A stretch of 64,000 bases of DNA, taken from NCBI GenBank assembly GCA_951406725.2, contig OX597815.1, positions 3,162,001-3,226,000 of the forward strand, in the 5' to 3' direction. The position numbers and the translations under genes are program-made. Of the stretch, positions 1-13,489 are shown piece after piece. Origin of the DNA: Octopus vulgaris. Lineage: Eukaryota. The notes under the pieces were generated by a model, which was not told the DNA's origin, did no database searches, and saw nothing but the letters and a program-made list of their open reading frames with translations. Numbering within the stretch: the stretch's first letter is position 1; every line of letters begins with the position of its first letter.

Positions 1-1030
<1,030 letters not shown>

Positions 1031-1343
1031 TAATCTATGTAAGCCTAGTACTTATTCTATGGGTCTCTTTTGCCGAACACACCAGCATCAGTAGTCAAGT
1101 GATGGTGGGGGAACAAACACGGACACAAACGTACACATGTATATGTATGTATATATACATCAATATGAGTTAGAGGATAAACAACCATCTAAGGGATAAT
1201 AAATATCCTATATACTACTGGATGTACACCCATGTATTTATATCCAAATGTTTACTGTTGCAGAGCAATGGCACAATTGAATAATAGGTATGCATGGGGG
1301 TAAACAGAAATTTGCCTAGAATTTAGAAGGCAAAGAAGAAAAT

Positions 1344-1502
1344 GGAGGAGTGGCTGTGTGGTAAGTAGCTTGCTTACCAACCACATGGTTCCGGGTTCAG
1401 TCCCACTGCGTGGCACCTTGGGCAAGGGTCTTCTACTATAGTCTCGGGCCGACCAAAGCCTTGTGAGTGGATTTGATAGACGGAAACTGAAATAAGTCCG
1501 TC

Positions 1503-1589
<87 letters not shown>

Positions 1590-1783
1590 TGTTTGTCCCC
1601 CCCTAAGTATCGCTTGACAACCGATGCTGGTGTGTTTACGTCCCCGTAACTTTGCGGCTTGGCAAAAGAGACCGATAGAATAAGTTCTAGGCTTACAAAG
1701 AATAAGTCCTGGAGTCGATTTGCTCGACTAAAGGCGGTGTTCCAGCATGGCCACAGTCAAATGACTAAAACAAGTATAAAGAG
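1344..1783 (+). mobile_element. tRNA-headed SINE family A with internal (TA)n(TG)n microsatellite, full copy
   Basis: A-box TGGCTGTGTGG, B-box GGTTCAGTCC, CCTTGGGCAAG motif resembling the CORE-SINE domain, tail GGCGGTG.TCCAGCATGGCC.CAGTCAAATGACT; many copies in window. Confidence 0.9.
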
Positions 1784-1832
1784 ATGACAAATATCAAATA
1801 TTTGTCCACTAAATCTATATTTTCTTCTTTGC

Positions 1833-1893
<61 letters not shown>

Positions 1894-3147
1894 TCAGGTT
1901 GGTGCAAAAGTAATGTCCGATTTCTGGAAGAAATGTTTCAGAGCGAATTTATCAATTTTTTTATCTCTTCTTATAGTTTTAAGATATCTCTCTAATTTGT
2001 ACTATTTTCTTTCAGATTATCTAGCTTGTTGCCATAATTCTCAGAAAATTTTACCACCATGTTTGTCCCATCTAAAGATCACATAAGAAACGTTTTAGTC
2101 TACGAGTTTCATAAAGGTGTTAATGCAAGTGCGGCAGCAAGATCTATTCAGAGCAGTTTTGGGGATGATGTAGTGAATGAAAGAAGTTGCAGGAGGTGGT
2201 TTTCCCATCTCCGAAGTCGTGATTTCAATTTGAAAGAAGAGCCAAAAGAGGGTCGTCCATAAAAACTTGATTCTGAAATGTTGGAAGCTCTTGTTTCAGA
2301 GAACCCTACCGTTACCACTAGGGAACTTGCAGAACAGTTAAACTTGGCCCATACAGCCGTGGTACACCAGCTAAAACACATTGGAAAGGTTTCAGTGGCT
2401 GGAAAATGGGTCCCTCGCGAGCTGACTCCAGAGAATCGACAACAGCTTGCTACGTGTTTTCAATCATTGCTTTTGAGACACTTTCAAGAACATCTTTAGA
2501 TAGGCTCGTTACAGGTGATGAGAAGTGGATTCTTTAATGTTAAACGCCGCCGTTCTTGGATCAGTCGAGGAGGACGGCCAGTTCTACAACCGAGAGCAGG
2601 ACTTCATCCAAGGAAGATCATGTTGAGTGTATGGTGGGATATTAAAGGAGTAATCCATTATGAACTGTTGGATAAGAACCAAACAATTAATGCTAATCTT
2701 TACTGTGAGCAACTTCGTCATTTGAAAACAGTTCTGAGCCAAAAGCGAGCATTCTTGGTTAACAGAAAGAATATTATCTTCCATCACGATTATGCTCGTC
2801 CCCACACAGCTCAACTGACCAAAACTCTCTTTGAAGAACTTGGTTGGCAAATACTGCCTCATCCTTCATATTCTCCTCACCTTGCTCCTTCTGATTACCA
2901 TTTGTTCCGAAGACTACAGAACGATTTTGATTTGTCTTAGGTTAACAACAAGAGATTGTGAATGGGTTGTATTCATATTTCTAAACCTGCAGAATTTTAC
3001 AAGCGAGACAGTTATAAAGATTGTTGAAAGATGGAATGAGGCCACTGAAAGCAACGGAGAGTATGTTAAGGAATACATATTTCCATAGTCATTGGCTGAT
3101 CCGTTTTTAACTTTGATCTTTAAATCGTACATTACTTTTACACCAAC

Positions 3148-3151
<4 letters not shown>
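1894..3151 (+). mobile_element. Full-length defective mariner (DD34D), Hsmar1/cecropia-like TIRs
   Basis: ~30-bp TIRs TCAGGTTGGTGCAAAAGTAATGTCCGATTT / AAATCGTACATTACTTTTACACCAACCTGA; 1258 bp; inserted in (TA)n. Confidence 0.95.
2059..3088 (+). pseudogene. Mariner transposase pseudogene (stops and frameshifts)
   Basis: Motifs RRWF..GRP, WVPREL, TGDEKW, HHDYARPH, YSPHLAPSDYHLF across consecutive ORF pieces. Confidence 0.95.
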
Positions 3152-3193
<42 letters not shown>

Positions 3194-3899
3194 GGACTTC
3201 TTTCAGTTTCTGTCTACCAAATGCACTCACAAGGCTTTGGTCGGCTCGAGGCTTTAGTAAGAGCTACTTGCCCAAGTCTCCACGCAGTGGAACTGAACCC
3301 AGAATCATGTGATCGAGTAGCAGCCTAGTTTTAGTTCAGCTCCGACTGAGTACACCTATGATCAGTCACTCCATTCATGACCTCCCAATCTTTGTCTTTG
3401 TGTATCTAGGAATGCATTATTCCACATCAAGACTGGAGATCACGAGGGAGATTTAACTGCTATATCTAACAAGCATAGCAACCACGTAAGAGTGTCTTTA
3501 TTGGCGATAGTTAACACCGACATCATCATCATGATTATTAAAGGACGGTGAAATGGTGGAGCAACCAAGTAAATGAAATATCTTTCGGTATTTACGGCCT
3601 TTTTCGAACTGAGTTAAAATCCCGCTGGAATCTATTTTATCTTTCATTGTTCCAAATCGATAAAAGAAATATGAATCAAATACAGCAATTGATATTATCG
3701 ATGATACCTCTCCCATACGTTCCCTAAGTTAAAGGTAAACAGACAGATCTGAGACGTTGAGTTTTTGGTTAATTCACAAAGTTTACAAATTATTTAGGTT
3801 AAATTTAGCGAGAGCAGACAGTGGAGTTGATCTGTGATTGGAAACCAACTGAGGATTCGATATTCATCGATAAAATTCCTAGTATGTAAAGGCAGTTCT

Positions 3900-4205
3900 C
3901 TCTACAGCGTAGCACGTAGGATTTAAGTCTGTCACGAACGCCAAAGCTTATAAGGCCGGACCTTAACCTGGTTTCCATGGAGAAAAAGCGGCTGAGATTA
4001 CAACACTGCCGCTCACTAAACGGAATGCCGGTCCGTTTCCGGGTTTACTTCCCAGAAAATGTTGGATCGCATTTACAGCTGAGTGGACTGGAGCGACACA
4101 AAATTCTTTGCTCAAAAGCACAACATACTACCCGGTCTGGGGAATCGAAATCACGATCGCACAATCGTATGGGTAACACCCTAACCTCTGGTCCACGCAC
4201 CTTCA
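3900..4205 (-). mobile_element. Degenerate tRNA-headed SINE (family C core, different tail)
   Basis: CAGCTGAGTGGACTGGAGC...TTGCTCAA..ACAAC..CCCGGTCTGGGGAATCGAA matches 8640-8770 and 61040-61180. Confidence 0.65.
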
Positions 4206-4404
4206 TTTAATGTTGTGAAACACGAATTTCGGTTAATTTTTTTACATATTTTATAAATCAATTCAGTTTAATTTAGCGAGAAAAGATGGCGGAATCAAGG
4301 GGTTAGAGGAGAACCAATTAAGGATTCAATATTTCGTCTCTTATCTGCAGAATCGAGAAACAAAAACAGCAATTAAAAGATATTCTGTTGTATCGAAATA
4401 GAGT

Positions 4405-4610
4405 TCAAATTTTGGCACAAAGCCAGCAAAATCGGAGGAGGAAGATAAAAGTGATCCTAGTGATCAACTGGAACTTACTTCATCGACCTCGAAAGGATAA
4501 AAGGCAAAGCCGATCTCGGCGGAATTTGAACTCAGAACATACAGACGGAAGGAGTGCTACTAAGCAGTTTGTCCGGCGTGTTACCGATTCAGCCATTTCG
4601 CTGCCCTCGC
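4405..4610 (-). mobile_element. SINE family B, degenerate monomer
   Basis: GAAAGGATAAAAGGCAAAG.CGA.CTCGGCGGAATTTGAACTCAGAAC core. Confidence 0.85.
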
Positions 4611-4644
4611 TTTCATAACAACGATAGCAATTGTCTTTTCTCTT

Positions 4645-4867
4645 TTATTCTTTTACTTGTTTCAGTCATTTGACTGTGGCCATGCTGGAGCACCGCCTTT
4701 AGTCGAGCAAATCGACCCCAGGACTTATTCTTTGTAAGCCTAGTACCTATTCTATCGGTCGCTTTTGCCGAACCGCTAAGTTACGGGGACGTAAACACAC
4801 CAGCATCAGTTGTCAAGCGATGCTGGGGGGACAAACACAGACACACAAACACACACACACACATGAC

Positions 4868-4917
<50 letters not shown>

Positions 4918-5065
4918 GTCTTCTTTCAGTTTCCGTCTACCAAATCCACTCACAAGGCTTTGGTCGGCCCGAGGCTGTAGTAGAAGACACTTGTCCAAGG
5001 TGCCACGCAGTGGAACTGAACCCGGAACCATGTGGTTGGTTAGCAAGCTACTTACCGCACAACCG
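4645..5065 (-). mobile_element. SINE family A, full copy
   Basis: Reverse complement of 1344-1783. Confidence 0.9.
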
Positions 5066-6289
5066 CTCCGGAATTGTTTGCTGTTTTCCTCCTATTTTTG
5101 ATGGTTTAATTAGTTGCTGCTGTTCTTGTTGTTGTTTTGTATGAGTGTGTGATAACAGCGAGTTGGTATGGCTCCAGTACATATGTTTGTTAAATAGAGC
5201 GTCCAATGACAAAACTGATAAAAACACACACAGACACACACACCTTTAGAATCAGACACATGCAGACAGGACAAAGAAAAAGAGCAAGATAACAAGAAAA
5301 AAGAGGGGAGGGAGGAAAAGGGGGAAAAAGGAAAAGGGAGAAAAAAAGGAAAAGGAGAAAATGAAAACGAAAAATGGGGGAGAAAAGAGCTGAAGAAAAA
5401 GAAATTCGATAAATAGAAGGATGGGAGACGAGGAATCCGAAAGAAAAGATGAAGAAAACCCAAGAAACAAACCCCTCTTCCTAGATTCGGTCCCGTTTTT
5501 AATCTGTTCCCAAGACATCATATCTTAAAACCGATCACTTGTCCTTATGTCACGGATATATTAACCCTGAATACGCTCGGCTGATTCTGGCTGTCGACCT
5601 TGCTACAAATTAACTTTCCTTCTCCACCCAACCCATTAACCCACCTAATCCATTTATTATTATTGTTGTTGTTGTTAAATTCTTTATTCGTCTGTTTATT
5701 TTATGTACACCAGTCTTGATATAATTAAATGTTTTCTTAATTATTTGTTTACAGCCGCCCACTTTATATAATTGTTTATTTACAATATTTATTTATACGA
5801 GTAACTGTTTATTAATTTATTTGTCTAGTTACTTTCTGTCTGTGTGTCTGCTGCTTTCTGGACCATGTTTACTTTACTCTTAAAATTAATGTCCAATATT
5901 ACTATAGCCTCAAGGGTGAAACATTCGATGTGCCTAGGATTGTCTGCCGTTACGTCTCTCTCGCTCTCTCTCTCTCGCTCACACACACATTCTTTTCTAC
6001 TCTAAACTCAAGGTCCGAAATTTTGGGGGAGGAGGCCAGTCGATTAGATCGACTTCCAGTTCGTAACTGGTACGTAATTTATCCCCCTCCCTCGAAAGGA
6101 TGAAAGGCAAAGTCGACATCGGCAAAATTTGAACTCACCGTGCTAACGTTTCTGCCAGCTCGCCGTGTTACACACACACACATTGTTACGTAACTGAGCT
6201 TCCTGCAACAATTGTCGAATTAAAAAACTACATATTTTCATATTCTTCAGTATTTTTTATGTTCCATGTAATTGAGAGACAGACAGACA

Positions 6290-6667
6290 GTGCGTGTGTA
6301 TAAATATATATGCTCGTGTGTATAAATATATTTATGTGTGCGTATGTGTGGGTGTGTATATATATATATATATATATATACATATATACATATATATACA
6401 TATATACATATATACACATATATACATATATACACATATATACATATATACACATATATACATATATACACATATATACATATATACACATATATACATA
6501 TATATACATATATACATATATATACATATATACATATATACATATATATACATATATACATATATATACATATATACATATATACACATATATACATATA
6601 TACACATATATACATATATACATATATATACACATATACATATATACACATATATACATATATACAC

Positions 6668-6714
<47 letters not shown>

Positions 6715-6783
6715 CATATATATATATACATATATATATATATACACACACATACACATATATATATATACATATATATATAT

Positions 6784-6826
<43 letters not shown>

Positions 6827-6840
6827 ATATGTGTGTGTGA
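6290..6840. repeat. Compound TA/CA microsatellite with ~18-bp higher-order period (CATATATACACATATATA)
   Basis: Visible periodicity; source of spurious YI/YT ORFs. Confidence 0.95.
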
Positions 6841-7269
6841 AGCTTAAATGTCTATCTACATTCCAAACTCTCTGTCTAGATATATTTCATTCAATAATAC
6901 TGCAAACAAAAGTATACTGCATACAAAGTACCAATACCGAAACCCTTATAAAATTACTCACCAGAAAAATGTGTGCCCAGGAGAAACTGTGGATGAGTCA
7001 GAGTGGTCAATAAATTTGATTGTAAAACTGAAAGTTGCAAACTTCAGGACTAACTGTTGTTACACTAAAGCGACTAGTGTGACATTCTGATGCAGGCTTA
7101 CCATACACATGCAACATAGAGCTTTGCATATCGTTACACCAAACAATATAAAACAAAACCAAATAAAATACTTGAGGAAAATACATCCTTCATAAAAAAA
7201 ACATAAAAACAGATGATTTAAACTAAGGAAACATCCTCATTAAACTACCAAGTACGTGGCTACTGGTGG

Positions 7270-7445
7270 CGGCCCCTGTTGTACTCTTTCGTCACAACTT
7301 TCATTCTCTCTTCCTGTTTCTTGAGTAACGCTGCGATGGACTGGCGTCCCGTCCATACTGGGGGGAACACATACCCACAGAAACCGGGAATCCGGGCCCA
7401 TGAGCCTGGCTAGGCTTGAAAAGGGCGCATAAATAAAATAAATAA
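7270..7445 (+). mobile_element. 5'-truncated SINE with GCGATGGACTGGCGTCCCGTCCA domain and (AAAT)n tail
   Basis: Similar to 19765-20010; domain resembles V-SINE central region (from memory, unverified). Confidence 0.6.
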
Positions 7446-7540
7446 ATATTATTACTTAAAATAGTTTACTGTGGCCCCATGCAGCATAAAGTTTGGCAGG
7501 CTTCCTACAGAAACCGAGCTCGTTCAAGTTCATATGTACA

Positions 7541-7576
<36 letters not shown>

Positions 7577-7609
7577 TCTCTAGTTTCAGCTCAAAGCTGC
7601 GGCCATATA

Positions 7610-7999
7610 TATATATATATAAAGCTGAAGTTGCCTGTGTATGCCAGGTTTTGGTAGCCTTCAACTAACACTATCTCCTCCGAGACCCTGAGGCGCAAGT
7701 TGACAAAAATGAGAGTATGATAGAAGAAGGCTTGCTCTTTCTTCCGTAGCAGAAAAATTTCAAATCAGACCATGTTAGCACCAAAAATTATTTACATCAA
7801 ACGCGTGCTTCGTTTCTATGAAAATCCCTATTTTTTTACGATTTTTTGACTGCTGTGTCGCCATTTTTCGGTGTATTTCAACCCCAAAAATGTTCCCTTA
7901 AAGAGAATAACAAGCTAAATAATGCAAAAGTTTTACTTTTCAAAAATTCCAATTCTAAAGGGTCGAAACAAACCCGAGCAACGCCGGGCGATACTGCTA

Positions 8000-8000
<1 letters not shown>
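7610..8000 (+). mobile_element. Non-autonomous Helitron-like element
   Basis: 3' CCCGAGCAACGCCGGG hairpin then CTAG terminus; near-identical copy at 39765-40138 (-). Confidence 0.85.
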
Positions 8001-8059
<59 letters not shown>

Positions 8060-8063
<4 letters not shown>

Positions 8064-8300
8064 ATTTAAGATTAGGTAGGGTATATAATACCACTTGCTA
8101 AAGTCAGAGCTATAGCTTCAAAATCCACCATAGAAATTACGATAAAGATACACACGACGAATGCAATGAACATTTCAGAAATAGGCTTACCTTTGCTTGG
8201 AATACATGGATAAGTAATACATATTACGATATCAATTGATTTCACGCTTCGTATGATAAACAAGCATTGCGATCCTCAGTTGAAAACAGCATTTAGCATC
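8060..8300 (-). mobile_element. (TA)n-flanked Penelope-like terminal fragment with degenerate hammerhead motif (8225-8285)
   Basis: Minus strand CTGAGGA-TCGC..GCGT-GAAA-TCAATTGA-TA; palindromic stem III ATCAATTGAT. Confidence 0.45.
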
Positions 8301-8459
8301 TATTTCTAAAATATTCACTACGTTAGCTCGTGTGTGTTGCTTACTTTAAACGTCCCGCTCCGTTTAAAAAACTATCGTAAACAAGAAAAATTTTAATAAG
8401 GTAGTGTTATTGCCTATATTACAGTAATAATATGGTGGCTAGCAAGTTCACACCTTTAT

Positions 8460-8775
8460 AGGTAAAGACTCCCTTTGGTCATGAATGACCCTGTAACTAG
8501 ATCTAGAAAGTTCCCCTCTGAAGCACAAGTCCGAGAAGGGTTATTTTTTTTTTTAGAAAACCAGCAGCCACCCATGCATACCAGCCTCCCCTCGCCACGC
8601 CAAGGGAAAAGCAAAAGGCTTGGCACCAGTGACGTCACAACTCATTTCTACAACTGAGTGAACTGGAGCAATGTGAAATAAAGTGTCTTGCTCAAGAACA
8701 CAACATGAAGCCCGGTCCGGGAATCGAACTCACAACCTCGTGAGTGTGAGCCCAATGCTCTAACCACTGAACCAT
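8460..8775 (-). mobile_element. SINE family C
   Basis: Homologous to 60843-61184; tRNA-like head GGTTCAGTGGTTAGAGC...GAGTTCGATTCCC. Confidence 0.85.
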
Positions 8776-8810
8776 ATGTATATAAAACCTAATTTACATA
8801 CATACATACA

Positions 8811-8858
<48 letters not shown>

Positions 8859-8894
8859 TACATATATATATATATATATATATGTATATATGTG

Positions 8895-8926
<32 letters not shown>

Positions 8927-8988
8927 TGTATGTATGTATGTAAATTAGGTTTTATATACATATGGTTCAGTGGTTAGAGCATTGGGCT

Positions 8989-8992
<4 letters not shown>
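8745..8992. repeat. Near-perfect ~250-bp palindrome centred on (TA)n
   Basis: TGTGAGCCCAATGCTCTAACCACTGAACC... mirrored by ...GGTTCAGTGGTTAGAGCATTGGGCTCACA. Confidence 0.9.
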
Positions 8993-9035
<43 letters not shown>

Positions 9036-9499
9036 TGATTCCTCTTTTTTTTCGATTTTCTGTATTTCACTCATTATTTATTTTTGGTGAAGTGGGGTCT
9101 CAGAACTTTTGAAATTTCTAGCAAAAAACCCCTTTCGGTCTGCCAACTGAAGTATCCTCTTATTCCCCTAAATTGGTCTCGTTCAACTTAGTTCCAGTCA
9201 CGACCTAACATTGTTTTCAAAGTCGAATTTTATAAATTTTTTGTCATTTTCTGGGATTAATCATTTCTGTGAAGTAGATTTGAAGAGAACAAAAAAAAAA
9301 AAAAAAAATATGATCTCTGATTATTGAAAATATCTTCAACATCAAAAGTTACTCGGTTTGGGGTCGAATGCGAGAATTATAAAATATGTTAGGGTTATCA
9401 AAAATTTATATTTTTATTTTCATAAAAGAGAACTCCCAAGATCTCTTCATGGAATTTTGTCTAGACTGGTGAGAAAAGTATTTCTATTTGGAGAACTAC

Positions 9500-9855
9500 A
9501 GAATGGCAACTGTAGAAAAATGTGGTTGTAGTGTCCTACATGTGGGCACAGATGCTGCATAGTTAGTGAGCGCTTTTAAAAGTGTCTGGTTGTGTATGGC
9601 CGGGTGGGCGCTATGGAGCTTCTAACTAGGAGATTGCCGAGGTTCTGATCTTAACGACGAGGAGAGGTCAGTGCAGAAAAGATTAGAATGGTTAGCGGAG
9701 TGAGAGAGCACGATTGGGAAGTTACGGACGAGTGTATTTCAGTTTGAGGATGAACGATGACAGGTGTGTGTGTGTGGTGGGGAAGTGGAGAGAAGAGAAT
9801 CCGATTTGTAGGTGGATGTAGACAGAGTAGGATGGCCTGTGAGCGGCGAAGTGTG
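9500..9855 (-). pseudogene. Possible Penelope RT-endonuclease linker relic
   Basis: Minus-strand LVRSS plus Cys-containing region, frameshifted; next to hammerhead-bearing unit. Confidence 0.35.
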
Positions 9856-9869
9856 TATATATATATATA

Positions 9870-10230
9870 TATAAGTTCAGTAAAAATTTAGATTCAGTTG
9901 AATATGGTACTTAAGTTAAAGGCACTAGAATTTAGTGTGGTATTATCCATATAATTCAAAATGGGGTGATTATAATCAAAATAAGCAACAAGGACGATCG
10001 TTTCATGCGACTCCATTTAATTAAACATTGCAAGTATTACATCAGTTTTAAAATGTAGAGCAATCTTCAGCTGCATATAAATATAGAATTAAGTTTAATT
10101 TATAAGATTCATTTTTATAGTTATTCCATTAACCAAAATCACAAAGAGGGTAAGTAGGTAGACAGAGAAACAAGTTTCATCAATAGGAACATTGTAGTAA
10201 ATAATAATTTTTTTCATGGAAACACTGCTT
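9870..10230 (-). mobile_element. (TA)n-flanked Penelope-like unit with hammerhead-like motif (9988-10075)
   Basis: Minus strand CTGAAGA-TTGC..(long loop)..GCAT-GAAA-CGATCG-TC; palindrome ACGATCGT and GUC triplet. Confidence 0.55.
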
Positions 10231-10240
10231 TATATATATG

Positions 10241-10294
<54 letters not shown>

Positions 10295-10666
10295 TTGTTT
10301 TGGGGTTTGAAAATGCGCCTGAATATCAAAACGTAGTTGTTTAAAAAATTTAAATACATTTATTCAAATACCAAACCAGTTTCGAGAATTTGTTTTACTT
10401 ATCAATGGTAAAAATAAAGAGTAGGACGCCAGAAATGGTTAGGCACAATAACATAGGGTGCACTATGAGGTAAAATAACTATGAAGGTATCGTGTTGGTA
10501 GGATACTATAGATATATAAGTACCAGATCTACGATTTAAATTGGATTTGATAGTGTGTGTGTGCGTGTGTGTACTTAAAATAATATAGGGTAGCAAAATT
10601 TTAGAAATTTTTCTACCAGTGACCTAGCATATATAAAAAGTCCATAGACAACATATTTTCCATATA

Positions 10667-10903
10667 AAATTAGTGTACATTTAAACACAAAGACAGGTGA
10701 CCCTTAACAAGCCGCCTTACATGCTAGAAGGAGCAGTCAAAACGTCCAGAATCACATTTAAGAGCAATTTCGAAGGGAATGAAAAATAAAAACTTCTACT
10801 ATGTTTTTTTTTTTGCTCTTAAATGTGGTTTTGACTGCTCCTTCTAGCATGTGAAGCGGCCTGTTAAGGGTCACCTCTTTTTGTGTTTAAATGTACACTA
10901 ATT
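10667..10903. repeat. Inverted repeat with ~95-100-bp arms and ~45-bp spacer
   Basis: AATTAGTGTACATTTAAACACAAA..GGTGACCCTTAACA..CATGCTAGAAGGAGCAGTCAAAA mirrored at 10812-10903. Confidence 0.9.
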
Positions 10904-11157
10904 ATATATATATATATAAATATATATATATATATGTAAACTAATTTTATATATATATATATATATATAAGGATAAGATCGTTAATTTGAAATAAAATAA
11001 CGATTTTATCAAGTGGCCAGCATGGAAAAAATAACCCTCAAAGGTAATAATTATTAAAATTATCGGTTGCGATATGGACAATTAAAGTGGTTTTTAGAGT
11101 CAGATCTTGGCTGCTATTTTCAGCATGGTGGTATCTCGTAGATACCCTAATTTATAA

Positions 11158-11189
<32 letters not shown>

Positions 11190-11199
11190 CATTTTTTTT

Positions 11200-11440
11200 T
11201 GGTTTCAGCTCAGAGCTGAGGCCATGCTGATGCACCGCCGTTTTGCGCAACACTGTTATTACTGAGAGCCTCCTCTAATATGTGGAACTTGGTGAAGAAT
11301 GGAGTTTGATATAGCTACCCTCATTTGCATTTCTTGCCGTGAGGTAGGTTCATCTGGGACTCTCGACAGGAAGATGTCCAGCTTTGATTTAAAAACCGCT
11401 ACATCTACTTTGTGCAAGTTCCTCAGACTAGAATATTAAA
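11200..11440 (-). mobile_element. 3' end of CR1/L2-group LINE
   Basis: Minus translation LRNLHKVDVAVFKSKLDIFLSRVPDEP...* then tail GGCGGTGCATCAGCATGGCCTCAGCTCTGAGCTGAAAC. Confidence 0.75.
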
Positions 11441-11442
11441 AA

Positions 11443-11486
<44 letters not shown>

Positions 11487-12070
11487 GTGTGCGCGTGCAT
11501 TTATTCATCTATGTCATTAAGTACCAAAATCCTTCTTCGGCCATCATGCATATATTATGCAAATATATTGTACCTTATCATCGGAGACCGTCCTACACAT
11601 ATAGGAGATAATATTTTTATCCTATTTTCACCGCTTTTTGATTATTATTATTTTGTTTTATTTCAAACTTTTTAATTTACTCTCCAGACTTTAAATTTCA
11701 TTAAAATGTTTCTGAATATTTAATTTTTCTTTCTTTCTATTTTAATCAACTTTCGATTCTGAGGAAAATGAAACCGAAATAAAAAGGGACAACAAAAACA
11801 AAAAGGAGAAAAATCTGTCCGTCTTCCAAAGGGATGTTTTCTTCTCTCTCTGTCTCTCTCTCTTTTTCCTCTCCTTCAAATGTCACTTTAAGGGGACACT
11901 AAATCAAACCTGAGTAGGTGTTCTAGGCATACGAGGGTGGGGGGAGGAACCGGGAGCAGGGGGATCATTTATTATTACTATAGAGACACAAGAGTAGCAG
12001 AATGAGGAAGAATTAAAAGCGGAGTAGCAGGTGGGGTTAGGAAACGGTGAGGCGTCTTAGGATCCTATCT

Positions 12071-12135
<65 letters not shown>

Positions 12136-12214
12136 TGTGCGTGCGTGCGTGCGTGTGTGTGCGTGTGTGTGTGTGTCTGTGTGTGTGTGTGCCCACATAC
12201 ACGATATAATATTG

Positions 12215-12520
12215 TTTTCTACTCTTGGAACAAGGCCCGAAATTTTAGGGGGAAGGGGCCAATCGATTAGATCGACCCCAGTACGCAACTGGTATTTAAT
12301 TTATCGACCCCAAAAGGATGAAAGGCAAAGTCGACCCCGGCGGAATTCGAACTCAGAACGTAAAGACAAACGAAATACCTATTTCTTTACTACCGACAAG
12401 GGGCTAAACAAAGAGGAGACATACAAGGACCGACAGACGGATTGAGTCGATTATATCAACCCCAGTGCGTAACTGGTACTTTATTTATCGACCCCAAAAG
12501 GATGAAAGGCAAAGTCTTGT
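12215..12520 (-). mobile_element. SINE family B partial dimer
   Basis: Two GATGAAAGGCAAAGTC cores, type-2 tail at left. Confidence 0.85.
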
Positions 12521-12544
12521 AGATACCCTAGTTATATATAAAAA

Positions 12545-12843
12545 AAGGGGGACGCCAGAAACATTTAGATAAAATCCCAGGACGACCGTGTCTCAGAAAT
12601 CCAAAAGATTGTGCTGACACGTGCTGCCCACATCCTTAGAAAAACCCTATCCATTTAAATGTCTGTGTTGTATTACTTGAACATAATTCGCTACCGCCCT
12701 CACCACTTTCTCTTCCCAAACTTTCAGTCATACTGTTAACATCTCTTATCCTTCACTCACCCTAGGATGCTGGGTGTGTCTCGGCGAGTGATTGTAATTA
12801 ACATGCAGATTAAAAGTAAATAATAATAATAATAATAATAATA
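12545..12843 (+). mobile_element. 3' end of R4/Dong-like RLE retrotransposon with (TAA)n tail
   Basis: EIQKIVLTRAAHILRKTLSI* then 3' UTR and (TAA)n. Confidence 0.7.
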
Positions 12844-13383
12844 AATGCCCTGATGCAGTACCAGGCAGTGGCTCTCATGGCTTCTGAACTTAACTGATTG
12901 GAAGTGTTATCATGTACATTGTTTTGTCTTGGTATAAAAGATGGGCTACAGCAAATATTCCGCTCAATACCACAGATTTGCTTGTTAGATGCTTGACCTT
13001 AACCAGTTGAGCATGTCCCTTAGTAGCTGACGATATGTGCATCTCTGGTCACGAGCAGTGGCGATCATCATAGCCATGGGTTGAGAGGAATTCTTTGGGG
13101 CTTGAATAATTCACTTTTGGAAACATGGGTGTTTCGTTCATCATCCTTAAATCTTATCCAGGGACCTTTTTGAGCGGGATGAGCTACTCGACCTAAACAA
13201 AATTCTAAATTGCAGGCCCCACCTGCAAGGCCATGCGCTTTTAATCTTGATATGAGATCACCATGTTGCGCACATATGGTTGCGATGCATGTACCTTATC
13301 AGATGGGTAGTCATGATGGGTATACTGGGCTTCGTATATTTTACCCCAGTGTCACTTTGATAGCATGTACTGCTCTCTCACTC
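12844..13383 (+). mobile_element. ~550-bp non-coding interspersed element (family E) in (TAA)n
   Basis: Copies at 31222-31780 (-), 29860-30290 (-, degenerate), 48811-49046 (-, partial). Confidence 0.85.
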
Positions 13384-13406
13384 TAATAATAATAATAATA
13401 ATAATA

Positions 13407-13487
<81 letters not shown>

Positions 13488-13489
13488 GT

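Noticed and set aside
2059-2940. Active or domesticated mariner transposase
   Set aside because: In-frame stops at 2262 and 2499 plus frameshifts
3765-4335. Diverged ~100-bp direct repeat (3765-3870, 4230-4335) as possible LTRs
   Set aside because: No TG..CA ends, PBS or PPT; more likely an old local duplication
6228-6847. Long ORFs in all frames (YI/YT/CV repeats), also at 17881-18419, 24644-25283 and 42600-44950
   Set aside because: Stop-free translations of dinucleotide and tetranucleotide microsatellites
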